Made by a program: the position numbers and the translations under genes. A DNA stretch of 64,000 nt, from positions 29,184,001 through 29,248,000 of the forward strand of contig CP068257.2 in NCBI GenBank assembly GCA_009914755.4, read 5' to 3'. This document shows positions 13,078-28,325 of the stretch, in pieces; within the stretch, counting starts at the first letter, position 1; every line of letters starts with the position of its first letter. The notes beneath the pieces were generated by a model. The model saw only the letters and a program-made list of their open reading frames with translations, searched no databases and was not told where the DNA came from. The DNA is from the human T2T-CHM13v2.0 reference genome, Homo sapiens.

Positions 13078-13341
13078 TCAGTAGGTGCTGTAGCCAAAGC
13101 CAGAGCCAGAGCCCCATGGCCTATAGAAGCTACCACCATAGCAGCCTCCCAGGTTGTTGCTGTTGCTACCACCAAAGCTGTAGCCCAGGGGGCTGTAGCC
13201 ATTGCATCCACAGCCATAGTTCAGGGGAGAGCCCAGAGGCACAACACAGTTCAAGGGGGTGGCTCTGAAGGTCCCGTGGAAGTTGGTCCCATAGATAGGG
13301 TATCCTGGGAAGTAGCTTCCACAGCAGAAGTAACGAGTCAT
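13078..13341 (-). CDS. KRTAP7-1: Keratin-associated protein 7-1 (high glycine-tyrosine hair KAP). Intact 87-aa single-exon ORF, with the stop codon included.
   Basis: The ORF translates to [87 protein letters not shown]. This is Gly/Tyr/Ser-rich and matches my recollection of human KAP7.1 essentially along its whole length. Strong Kozak context 'gccaccATGa'. The TGA stop is at 13078-13080. Confidence 0.85.
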   Translation of the reverse strand: MTRYFCCGSYFPGYPIYGTNFHGTFRATPLNCVVPLGSPLNYGCGCNGYSPLGYSFGGSNSNNLGGCYGGSFYRPWGSGSGFGYSTY

Positions 13342-13425
13342 GGTGGCAGCAATTGAGAAGGATTTAGATGGATTGTGAAGGGTAAGTTACCCAAGTGTTA
13401 ATGAAGGTCTCTTCCCGTACAGGGC

Positions 13426-13433
13426 TTTTAATA
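13426..13433 (-). promoter_or_regulatory. KRTAP7-1: TATA box (TATTAAAA) of the KRTAP7-1 core promoter, about 85 bp upstream of the ATG
   Basis: Minus-strand sequence is 'gaggTATTAAAAgccctgtacgggaag'. An octamer-like ATGCAAAT sits at 13481-13488 (minus) and an AT-rich HOX-like 'TTTTATTAG' at about 13506-13514 (minus). Position and orientation fit a short 5'UTR single-exon KRTAP gene. Confidence 0.5.
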
Positions 13434-16400
13434 CCTCAAGCTGGTGGGCACAACACATCTGTCTAAACATCTTCCCACTAATTTGCATAGGTAATCTCAT
13501 TCTTTTCTAATAAAATGCTTATAAGGAATGCACAGACTCATTGCCCACATTTTTGTTGGCTTTTCTCTGTACTATTTTAAAGCCAGTGACCATGCTTGAC
13601 ACGCAATCGAATTCTTTTCATCAGAGTCCCATGGTTTAACTACTGTTCTTGATTGCATCATGTGAGACTCTTTAAATCCTCTGATTATAAACTCTTCCCA
13701 ACTGACATAGCTAAACTAAAAAAGCTTTGGCAAGAATGCAAACACTTCAAGCCAAGACAAAGCCATATATTGAGGTCTTTTGAACATTATTTTGAAACAT
13801 CAAACTGAAATTCTATAACCTCTTGAAATTCACCCATGTGCCCTTTTAAAACAATTGTATACCAACTAGTTAATGGGTACAGAGTTTCCTTTTGGAGTGA
13901 AGAAAATCATTTGGAACTAGACAATGTTGCAAAACATTTGGAATGTACTAAATATCACTGAATTGTTACCTTTAAAATGCCTTGGTTTGTGTTATACAAA
14001 TTTTAACTCAAAATGTATTTTTTATTTTAAAAAGCACTGCTACACAAATCTATCCAACCAGGTGTTTTTACAGAGGCTGCAATGGTGCCAAATAATAAGT
14101 TGGCTGTGAATAACCTGCAAGTAATTTTCATCAATTTCATTTATGAGCATTCTGTTTGTTAATACATATTTTATTTTTTCATGGAGAACATACCATGTTT
14201 GCTTGTAAATCATCTTGAACATTGCCAAACTGTCTTTCTGGAGTTGCCACACTGGCGCTGAGTGGGATGATGCTCAATTTCAGAGTCATGTTATACCACA
14301 CTTGCTTCTTACTGACTCCTATAAAACAAGCCTGAATGCCATGATCCATTATGAAATACCAGTTATATTTAAGGATGCAACACTTCCTTCTGCTCTTATT
14401 TTGCCTTACATAACCAATTCTCATGAAGAACGTAAACCAGGAAGGATCTGAGCTCAGCAAAGCTAAGTCTATTCCAATTCAAAGGTTTACGACATCATCT
14501 TTTTATATGTGAATCAAAGTCAGAATTCTCTGAAAGTAGAAGAAAAAACTTCCTGAATACCAATTCCTTTTTTTATTTCCATCTTAACAGACAATCATAG
14601 AGTCCAATATGCAAAACTAATCATTCCTCTCAGACATCCCTCTCTCTTTAAGATTCTATCTCTCTCAGTTTCTCTGACAGAGAGCTGCCTAAAGAATGTT
14701 CTATAAGTGGATATGATTTCTTTTATTCTACAAATTAATTAAATGTCATAAGAGTATATAGAGAAAGTTAAAGAAAAATAAGTTATAATTTCAAATTCAG
14801 TTTAACAAAAAGAATGAATTAAAATGGTAAGAGGTTGTGTCCTCAGGGTTTAAATTATATAAACTCTGTATCAGATAATCCAGAAAACTCAAAAATACGT
14901 TTGTGATTAGGAGAGGGCAGGGGTGACTAAGAATTACGCGTGACTTGAAAAATTTCACTACTGATTCTATCACACAATGACATTGGAACCTGTAATTTGT
15001 ACATGCTGCCACCAGGTGGCAGTGGTATTTCAGTTACTCCGTATAAACCACAGGACTGGATTTAGGGTTCTCAAATGTAAGCAGGTAGAAGAATCTTCTA
15101 AAGAATTCGCTTGAAATTCAGAATTCCAGGAGCTCTCCTCTCCCACCACCACCTGAGATTCTGGAAATCTCTATTTGTAATGGGTATCTCAGGTAATTCT
15201 GATGAATAAATCATCCTGATAAATTCCAGGGCTGGTTTGTCATGAGAATTCAAAAAAGCTTTTGCTGGGCTGTGTGAAATTGCCCAGAGATGCTTATCTC
15301 TCATTGGCAGGAGTGTTTGGTTTCAGTCGCTGGTGACTTATTTCCCTTAACTCTGGATGATAGAGGTAATTAAAGAAAAAGCTTTAGTTTGTCCTCTTCC
15401 ATTTCTTGATGCTCTCTGCTTCTTGTCTCAGGACACACCTGATTAGAAAGGGAAGGTAACAGCAATGTGTTCAAGTGTCTCCTCAGAGGTAAAACCCACC
15501 TATGTGACTGCTGGTTTTGTTACCCATAATCAAAAGAAAAACTTATATTTTCTCCTTAGCTTGTTTTCACTTTCCTATCTCTTACTAGACATACCCAGAG
15601 AAAATTATCAGCCAAGTACTCGATTGCTATTCAATGATTTTTAAGATTGATAATAACAAAAAATATCATTGAGGACTTACTCTGTGCTAGACTCTGTTCT
15701 AAAGAATTTGCACATACTACTTAATTATATATTTTACCTCTATATATAGTAAGAAGGCTTACTATGCACTATTCCAAGCATTTGACAAGTGTTAATTCAT
15801 TTAATTTTTATAATGATCTTATGATGTGGGTATTATGATTCTTTATAAGAAAACCGAGTCCAGAGGGTTTAAGAGAATTACTGAAGGTCACATGGTTAAT
15901 AGTCAGCAGAATCAATCTCCAAACCCATGCCATCTACCTCCAAGCCATGCTCTTAACTACTTTACTATCCTGCTTTTGATATGTCATTAAGGCTTTAAAG
16001 GGATATAGCTTCTACATGCCTCAAATCTATAATTCATTGCATTATTTTTTGAAGAACACATCGATCTAGCTTTTGCTGCTAAAAACTAGAAAACAAAAAA
16101 ACAAAGGCTAGTTTTTGCTGCTATAACAGACAGACATCCAAAATTTCCATGTTCAGAAATGTATTGCCTGCTCACACTATGAATTCCTCTCACATTGGTG
16201 ACTGTCTTGGATACACATCATTTTCACTCAAAAGACTCAAGCTGACAGTGCTTTGATTATCTGAAATATGACAAACAGGGGAAAATGAATGGGGCAAGCC
16301 ATGGTAGCTTTTAAAGGCTCTCCTCAAGTGTTATACACCATTTCCACACTCTCCTCATTTCCTAAAGTAAGTTCCACAGCCACATCTAACTTCACAGGTC

Positions 16401-17784
16401 ACGAAGAGCAATGCTACTATGTGCCTGGAGGGCGAAAGCCTACAATGTCACCGAACAACATTAATGACTTCCACTGAATTTCTATTCCTTACATGGGCTA
16501 AAATAATTTTAACAGATTTTAACACATATTTCAAAAGATTAGATGAGGGCAGACATAAAAAGTTTTTTAGAACTTTACATATCATAATGTAAAATGGTCC
16601 TGATAATTCTAATCCTGAACAATTTTAAATATAGAGGTTTTATAAGTTGTTTGTGCAATTCATGTAATATTAGTCAGCCTTTGGTTGTAGATTAGCATGT
16701 AGCTTTAATTCCTTTTCTTTGTTTTCTTTTCTCCATTTCCCCCTAATCACTATGTACTCTAATTGAGGGAAAAGTTGCCATAAATATTAGTTTTACAAAG
16801 AAAATCCCTCAATGCCAATTGATTTGGTGGGGGGAGAGATTAGTTCTAACACCAGATTTTATTTGATTTATTTGAATGCATGTATTTTCTTTAAAGAAAA
16901 GAGAAAATGAATTGACACATAGTATTTACAAGGAAAAAAATAAGCAATAAGGAGCCTACATGACATATTCACTTGGAAATTTGAGAACTTTTATCAGGCA
17001 AGGATCAGACCCCACTCATAGCCTCCCAGCCTCTCCCACCTCTTATGCAGCTGCCCCTATAGGAATCATCTTGGTGTAGGTTCCAACTCACCTCAAGCTG
17101 GTACAACATGATGGAGCTTTACATCAGTCCCCTCACCAGATATCTGTCATCCCCCACCTGGGGACTTCACCTTTAATAGCTAGGATAGAGACTGGGGAGC
17201 CTATCTAGGGCCCATGCTTGCAAAACCTGAAGTGTAGGGCAGTTAATGCCCTGTGGAGCAAAACTTCGACCAAAAAGAAATGGAAGTGTGGATATATTCT
17301 CCCCTTTTCTCCATGGACAGACTTGCCTGAGACAGTCCTAAGAGGGTTAGGCAGCTTCTTGGGGAATAGTGTCATGGAATCCAGCACATAATTGCTTAGC
17401 TATGGTCAACTGGATGAGGCATCTTCATTTGAGCACTCCACCTTCCCTGCTTCACTTCCCTTACCCTTCGCTCCTTCTCCTGAAGAAAGCAATAGTACAT
17501 GAGCCCTTCACCTGAAACTCTGCTTTCTAGAAAACTCAGAACAGAATACCACATCAAACCATCTTTGGAATAGCACCTTTACTGAGATGTAATTCACATA
17601 TGATAAAATTCACCCAAAAGTGTACAAAAAGTATACAGTGGGTTTTAGTGTATTTATAGAGTCCATCACCACTAACCAATTTCAGAACATTTTCTTTACC
17701 CCAAAAAGAAACTCCATAACCACTAAAAGTCACTCCCAATTTACAACAACTAAACTAAGTTCTCATTCATAAGACTTAAGCTGA

Positions 17785-18227
<443 letters not shown>

Positions 18228-18289
18228 TAAGTTCTGTCTCTGTGGGTTTTCCTATTCTGGACACCTCACATAAATTGAATCACACAGTA

Positions 18290-18520
18290 TGTGGCCTTTT
18301 GTGTATGATTTCTTTCTCTTAGCCCAATATTTTCAATATTCATCCATGTCATCACACATATCAGTATTCTTTATTGTCAAATAGCATTCCATTGTATGAA
18401 TATACCACACTTCGCTTATCTATTCATCAGTTAACAGGTTTTTACATTGTTTCCAATTTTGGCTGTTATAAATATACTGCTATGAATATTCATGTACAAA
18501 TAATTTTTAACATGTCAAAA
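18290..18520 (-). mobile_element. Old L1 (L1M/L1PB-like) fragment, antisense
   Basis: Sequence '...atagcattccattgtatgaatataccacacttcgcttatctattcatcagttaacaggtttttacattgtttccaattttggctgttataaatatactgctatgaatattcatgtacaa' matches the conserved L1 3'-region motif read in antisense. Confidence 0.45.
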
Positions 18521-19162
18521 CTTAAGCTCTTAATTTTCTCCTAGACACTCACTTCTTCTCCAGCCTTTCTCATCTCAGTAAATAACACTACCACCAAACT
18601 GCTTAGAACACAAACTAAATTTCTTTCTTAATGATAATTCCTTCAACCCCTCTGTCCCCAGGTCCAGTCAGCTTTGCCTCCAAAACATAGCTCAAATCCA
18701 TCACACTTCTTCACTCTCTCTGCTGTCACCTCATCACACCATCATCTCTGCCCTGAGCCACTGCCAGAGCCTCCTCATTGGCTTCCCTCGTCCCACTCTC
18801 CTTCCACTCTACAGGGTTATTCCTAAATACCAGCTACTGTGGCCTTTAAAAAATAAAGTGTGTTTTCTCCTAGTTCAAAAGCCTCCAGTAACTTTCTAAT
18901 GTTCTTAAGAAAACAAAAATTCAAACCTCTGACCATGATCTTGCTCCTGTGTAATTGTCAAATTTCACCACATCCCATTCTTCTTCCCTTCCTATAAAAC
19001 AGTGAAGAAGATCTCCTTCCACACTGCCTGTCTTCTGCACTGGAACTCCCTGAAGGTAGGCACCTCTTCTGTCTTGTTCACCATTGTATCTCCAGCATCT
19101 TGTATAGTATCTGACTACTACGTAATTGGGACTCAATAAATATCTATCAATCTGTTGAATAT

Positions 19163-19218
19163 ATGAATGAATGAATGAATGAATGAATGAATGAATGAAT
19201 GAATGAAATGAATGAATC
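19163..19218. repeat. (GAAT)n/(ATGA)n tetranucleotide microsatellite, about 11 units with one interruption
   Basis: Sequence 'gaatgaatgaatgaatgaatgaatgaatgaatgaatgaatgaaatgaatgaatc'. Confidence 0.85.
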
Positions 19219-19496
19219 TTGTGAAGATGATACCAGTACGGAGAAATATGACAGAATTCCAAATACCCTCCTGATGGCAAGATGGAGATCTGATATCTCC
19301 TTGCCCCCAACCAGTCCAGCTCTGTGTTGACATCCTCCCTGGCCTCCCTGACTGTGTAACACTAGTTATTGGACTCTATGTAGACCAAGGATAAACCCAT
19401 AGTAGGCACTGACTCTCCTGGATTCAGGAGGTAGGGTTGTCTTTGGCTTTCTAGAAATGTGTGTTTTGATGGGACAGATAAAAGACAGAACTCATG

Positions 19497-19632
19497 GCTG
19501 GGCGCGGTGGCTCACGCCTGTAATCCTAGCACTTCGGGAGGCTGAGGTGGGTGGATTGTGGCCAGGAGTTCGAGATCAGCCTGGCCAACAGGGTGAAACC
19601 CCATGCCTATTAAAAATACAAAAATTATTGTT
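19497..19632 (+). mobile_element. Free left Alu monomer (FLAM-like) or a 3'-truncated Alu
   Basis: Sequence 'ggctgggcgcggtggctcacgcctgtaatcctagcacttcgggaggctgaggtgggtggattgtggccaggagttcgagatcagcctggccaacagggtgaaaccccatgcctattaaaaatacaaaaatt'. It then stops, with no right monomer. Confidence 0.75.
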
Positions 19633-20798
19633 AAGGTGTGCCATGAAGGACAGGTGTGATTTCAACAGGTGGAGGAGAAAAAGGATATTTATAAAGAAGG
19701 AACACCAAAGGCAAAGACAGAGCAGAAGTGTCTGGGTTCATTTGGGATTGGTGAGCTAACCTATATAAATTAAGGACAGAGCATGTGTAAGAAAGTTAAG
19801 GAGAACTTTCTGGCAAATGAGTGTCAGAGTTAAGGAAAGGATGGATGGATGTGCAGTACATGTGCAGGACATAGATAAAGAGCAGCTACTAAAATACTTA
19901 ATTGAGGAGATGATGCGATGAGAACTAGCTCAATGTGAATAATGTATTCTAAAGGAAAGCTATGAAGAAAGGGCCATCTCTTAATATTCCATTCTAATCA
20001 TCAATTCAAGAAATAATTGAGAATCTGAGTTAAGTTGGGGGCAATAAAAATGGGAAAAAAAGAAAACAGATTTGAGTGAAACTGGGGAAGAAGAATGTAC
20101 AGAACTTGTTTAGCAATGAAAGGGATGGCAGCTATGAAGAAAAAACATAAATCCAAAGAATCACTCCCAATACCTGGATGAAAGGTGCTTCTAGTAATGA
20201 CAATAGAGGAGTTAAGAGAAGGATTTTAATGGTGAGGGCTCTCTTATGCCAATAGGTTGTAATTAAACATTTGGAAATATAGAAAAACAGCTTAGAAGAA
20301 AATAAGCTAAATATCATAATCAGAGCTTCATCTTCCTAGAGGTGATACTTCAAGGAATGTTAGACAGATAGAGAAGACCCACCAGAAAAAACAAAAGGCT
20401 GAGAACAGAACATTGGGGATGCCTAGTTTTAGAGGGATGAGAAGCAAGAGAAGTCAGAGGACTCAGAATCAGAGAGTCAAGGTGTTGGAGCTCATGGAAG
20501 CCACAGGATGTGGGGATTTTCAAGGCAGAATAGTCAACAATGCCTAATGCCACAATAGAGCTGGGGAGAAGGGGGATCAAGAATACTTCGCTGAATTTGG
20601 CAAGAATTTTTTACTGATTATCTTTGAAGGAGAAAAAGGAATAAGGGAAAATCTGTATTGCAAGTGATTAAGAATTGCAGCACCAACACAAAAGTAATAA
20701 ATGTAGACTCCACAGACGCTTAAGAGAAGAAAGAAAAACTATGAGAAAATATAGCTCAAAGAGCATACAAATCAGGGTGGAGTTTTCTGTTATTTGGG

Positions 20799-21116
<318 letters not shown>

Positions 21117-23604
21117 TATTTGAGTATTTTAATACTAAAAGAAATTCTGAATGTTGGAGCTGGAGTAAATACCAGTTTAAACTCCCTCTTCATTTTATAC
21201 ATGAGGAAAGTGAGATTCGGAAAAGAAAGTGAGCTGTCCAATACTGCATCATCAGTGTTGATTTGAGCCTAAAATCAAAATGTGAAGTTCTTGTCCATTA
21301 CAGGTTTGAATCCAACCAACTACTCAACAACAACAACAAAATGTATTCCTTGTCTGCACCTGATATCCTATGGTTGGCAGACTCAAAGGCAACCCCCACG
21401 ATCCCTGCAACATAGTGTCCACACCCTTGAGAAATGCCCTCTTGTGAACATGTGTGGAGCCAGTGACTTGCTTCTAATGAACAGAATATGGTGAAGGTGG
21501 CAAGATGTCACCTCTGTGATGACATTATGTAGACTGTAGTGTCTGTCTTGACAAAAGACTCTCTCTCTTGCTCATTTGGTAAAGTAGCCATGCTGCCAAG
21601 ATCCCAAGACCAGGAACTGGAGGAAGCAGCCAGCCAACAGCCAATTAAAAAACAAAACAAAACAAAAAGCAAAAAACCTGAGGTTCTCAGTCCAACAGGC
21701 TATTCCACCAACAATATAAATATGGAAGTGAATCTTTCCCCACTCAAGCCTTGAAGTGAGACTGCAAGCCCAATAGACACTCTGTTTGCAGCCTTCAAAG
21801 AAAACTATGCAGCAGAGAACCCAGAGAAGCTGTGCCCAGAATCTTGACTCCTAAAAATCCTGAAATAATCAGTGGATGCTGTTTTAAACTACTAAGTTTG
21901 CGGTAATATTGTTACACAATAGAAAAGTAACACAACATGCACGTGTGCATACAGTGCAGACCCAACCTGTCACTGATACAATTGGCTCCAAACTTTATCG
22001 CAAATCCATTCACATTTCTTTATCTCCATGGTCACCAGCCACCAAAGGAAGTAGCTCTTGGCTCCCTACACTTTCTGCTTCAACCTTGAGGTGAATTTCT
22101 CATCTGCACACTGCCAGGCACAAGAAAGAAGGAGCACAAGCCAGCTCACCCAGCCCCTCCTGAGAAGCTGTCCTCACCACTGCACCAGGCTATCAAAGTC
22201 TCCCGCACCTGCCCCAGCAGATCTGCGCATGCCCAATCCTGTGTGCTTTCTGTCCTTACGGAATTTCATATTTCTGCTGCCTTCTGACGGCAATCTTTTG
22301 TTCCAGGATTGTTACAATTTATTCCTTTTAAAGAAATTATCTTTTCTATCATTTCTAGGTCTGTGGCGAGAGAGTAGAAGGCAGACTCCTGTGTTCGGTC
22401 TGTCATTTTGATACAATAGTCTTTCCAGGGTAATTGTCATGATGTCATGCTGTCTCAAAAAAAAATCCATTTACAGACATTTTTTACTGTAACTAAAGTC
22501 TAACAGGGATTTTTTACAATGGTTCTTGTAAGTACTATGCAGCCACTACAAATTATATGTATAAGGAATGTTTAATGGTGTTGCCAAATGCTCATACTGT
22601 AATGACGTTATAAGACAGTATAGAAAGTATATTGAAGTTTCATCCTCCTTGAGGTGAAATGTTAAGCCATGTGAATGAATGATGTACACAAGAAAACAGA
22701 AGAGGGCTGAGAACAGACCTCAGGAAATCTCCAGGAGACTGAGACAGACAAAGAATTAGAGAGAGAGAAAGCTGTAGACAGAGAGAGACAGGCACTAAAC
22801 AAGACTGCGGAAGTCCTGGAAGGCTTCCTAGAGTCGGACCCAGGTGAGCTGATTCTGAAAGGTAAGTAGGAAGGATCCAATAGAAGTGATCAGAGAAATA
22901 ATGGACCAAGGAATGAAGGGAGTAAAAGGAAGAAAATGAGAAAAGCATTTAGACTTGGAGACACTGATGTCACAGAGCCCGGCACACAGCAGAACTCAAT
23001 AAGCATTTTTAATACATTAATAAACTGGTGCTAATTGACTTATTAACAAAATCAAAAAAGTGGCTCAAATAAAATCAACATTGTAGCATTTTTATAGCAG
23101 CCAAACCTGCAATGCGAACCCTGAACTCTTTGAGGAGCCTGGTCCTGCAGCCTAAGCTGGACTCTCTGCTGCCCTCTTGTAGACAGACACCATCACCGCA
23201 GCGCTCGCAGCAGTCAATGAGTCACTTGTATGAGTCTTCTAACTTTGAAGCTACCCGTGCTCTCCATCTCAATATCTTCACAGGGTGAATACAGACTGAG
23301 GCCAACAGAAAGATACCAGGAAATGGTAGCTCTCAAAAAGCATTATTAAATACATTTAACTCAGCTATGTTTCTGAGGCCCTATCCACCTGTCAGAGTAA
23401 AGGTTGTCCAGAATAATTATCCTGATGATGCTTTTTGCTACACCTTCTCTCTAAATTGCTCCATTCCTTGGTTTTATCACTGAGAAACATGGCATGAGCT
23501 TTAGGCAGGAACTGAGAGATGTCTCTTGGTTCAGTCTAGTCCAAGAATATGTTTTCCCAATTTTCCAAAAATTGGGGGAAAAAACTGATTTTTTTTAATT
23601 CTTA

Positions 23605-25861
<2,257 letters not shown>

Positions 25862-27445
25862 AAAAAACAAACGAACAAAAAAAAAAAAACCAAAAAAAAA
25901 AATCTTTTTTAAAACCCAGGTTATCGGAGCTCATAAATGTGATAAAACAGCAGGCCCTGGATCACCCTACAGTGATTGGTCTTGCAATTCTATGCATTCT
26001 TTCATATATGAATCCATAGAACACTCTTGTCCGTGCACAACAGCTATAGAGAAAAATCAGAACTTTTTCTACACTCGGCTAGATGCTCTCTGTAAAATTA
26101 AAGTTTGAGAGTCAGAAAAATTTGAAGCAAGCTTCAAAACTACCAGTGAACAAATACTTAACTACAGAATTATCAAAAGATATTTTTTAAGTTCTAGTTT
26201 TATAATTCAAGAAAAAAATCATTAAATGTATTTAATCATGCAGTCAAAACTGTATATTCTAAATTTTAAAAACTAAATCAAAAGAAAAAGGCAATCTGAA
26301 AACAGAAAACAATGTGAAACAAATGAATCTAACTAAATGTCAAGTCAGTAGCACAACTCAGAATTATTTCAAGTGACTCTGAATCACAGAATGTTGGTTG
26401 GGCACACCTAGAGGTAAAATACCCTCAGATGAAAAGAAATATTTAAAAACCTTCAATTGTATTCAGTAATCTTATTGTTCACAATGACATGTTTTATTAT
26501 TTTGAACTGCCATAGGTAATTATAAGACAATGTAAATGAAAAACTAAGATTTTCAGCTTAAGAGGAAAAAAAGAAGTTTAAAAATCAAAGAAGTAAATGT
26601 GAATTTGAAATATCAGAAAAGATTCACTATTTATGTTTCTCTTTCAAAAAAATACAGATCCCCTGGCTCTGTTTATTAAAACTGTCTGTAATGACAACTC
26701 AGTAGCAATGTGGACTCAGCATCAAGACTATGTGCTCTTAATGTCAATTTATATCAATAGGAAAGAGCTCCTTAGGAAAATTACTACTTCCAGGTCTGGA
26801 GGAAGAAATGCATGAAATGAGCTTGAACCACCTGTGCCTGAAAGCACATGAGCTGTCAAAGACACCTGAAGTCACAGCAAAAGGACAGAAGGCAACCTGA
26901 GAGTATTCCTACTGGCCAAAGTTGGCATAACATAAGCACAAAAATAAAAATTACTACAATGGGTTGAGAAAAAGATTTGTTTTAATTCCATGAATTGTTA
27001 ATGATACACAAATAAGTGAACTGGTAACATTTGGAGGTTTTATAATAAAATTTAATAAAAATAATACAACTACCTATCATTGTATTTATTTCAAGAGCCA
27101 TTGACTTCTGAGAGTCCCATCTCTTCTCTTTTTTTTCCCTAAGTATTGACACTTCACACAAATATTTACTAGCTTCTCATCATCCATAAAATAATACTGC
27201 ATTGGTGCAAAAGTTATTGCAGCTTTTGTCATTGAAAGTAATGGCAAAAAACCACAATAACTTTTGCACCAATCTTAACAGATGAAAATTACATAATTCC
27301 ACATTTTTATGCTGTACACAGGATTTGAGTCTGAATGAAATAAGTACTTGTATCATGTCTCAAACTAAATATGTAACTTCTATGAAAACATTTAGACCAT
27401 GACAAATATTAATGAAGAGCATGTATTAAGCAAAATTAAATAGAA

Positions 27446-27615
27446 GTCAGGCATGGTGGCTCATGCCTAAGATCCCAGCACTTTGGGAGGCCGAAGCAGG
27501 AAGACTGCTTGAGGCCAGCAGCTCGAGGTTACAGTGAGCTATGACCGCACCACTGTACTCCAGCCTGGGCAACAGAAAGAGATTATGTCTCCAAAATGAA
27601 TAAATAAGCAGAAAG
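27446..27615 (+). mobile_element. Alu with an internal deletion of about 150 bp (left-monomer start joined to right-monomer end)
   Basis: Sequence 'tcaggcatggtggctcatgcctaagatcccagcactttgggaggccgaagcaggaagactgcttgaggccagcagctcgaggttacagtgagctatgaccgcaccactgtactccagcctgggcaacagaaagagattatgtctccaaaatgaataaataa'. Confidence 0.7.
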
Positions 27616-28003
27616 ATGTACACTTACTTTTACATAACTAAGGAGAAGAAAATGGCAAACTATTTCGGAAGGAAATTTAGGATATTAGACACCAAAAGGA
27701 GAACTCTGTAATTTATTAATGATTTTTAAATAGATAAAATGGCAGTTCTATGCCAAAAGAGAGGGCAGTTAAACCAGGGCATCAAAGAACAGTGGCCCAT
27801 TCTGTGGGCTGTCTCATATGGAGCATGAGAAATACAAATCAGTGGTTTACAATTAAATGGAAGGTTATATTTCCTTAAAATAATTCATTGCCAACAGTGA
27901 ATCAATGAACCATAAAAGTTTTTAGAAAGCTTAACAGAGTTTATTTTACAATGGCTTTATTTCAAAGATATGAATAGAAGTTAATCTAAAAAACAGTTCC
28001 CCC

Positions 28004-28325
<322 letters not shown>

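Noticed and set aside
12913-13356. 147-aa ORF on the plus strand overlapping KRTAP7-1
   Set aside because: It is the antisense of the GC-rich, Gly/Tyr-codon KRTAP7-1 CDS. The long open frame is a compositional artefact (Ala/Val/Thr-rich translation) with no independent start context or other signals.
13342-13520. Possible CpG island or bidirectional promoter at KRTAP7-1
   Set aside because: The upstream region is AT-rich with few CpGs. This is consistent with a tissue-specific TATA promoter, not a CpG island.
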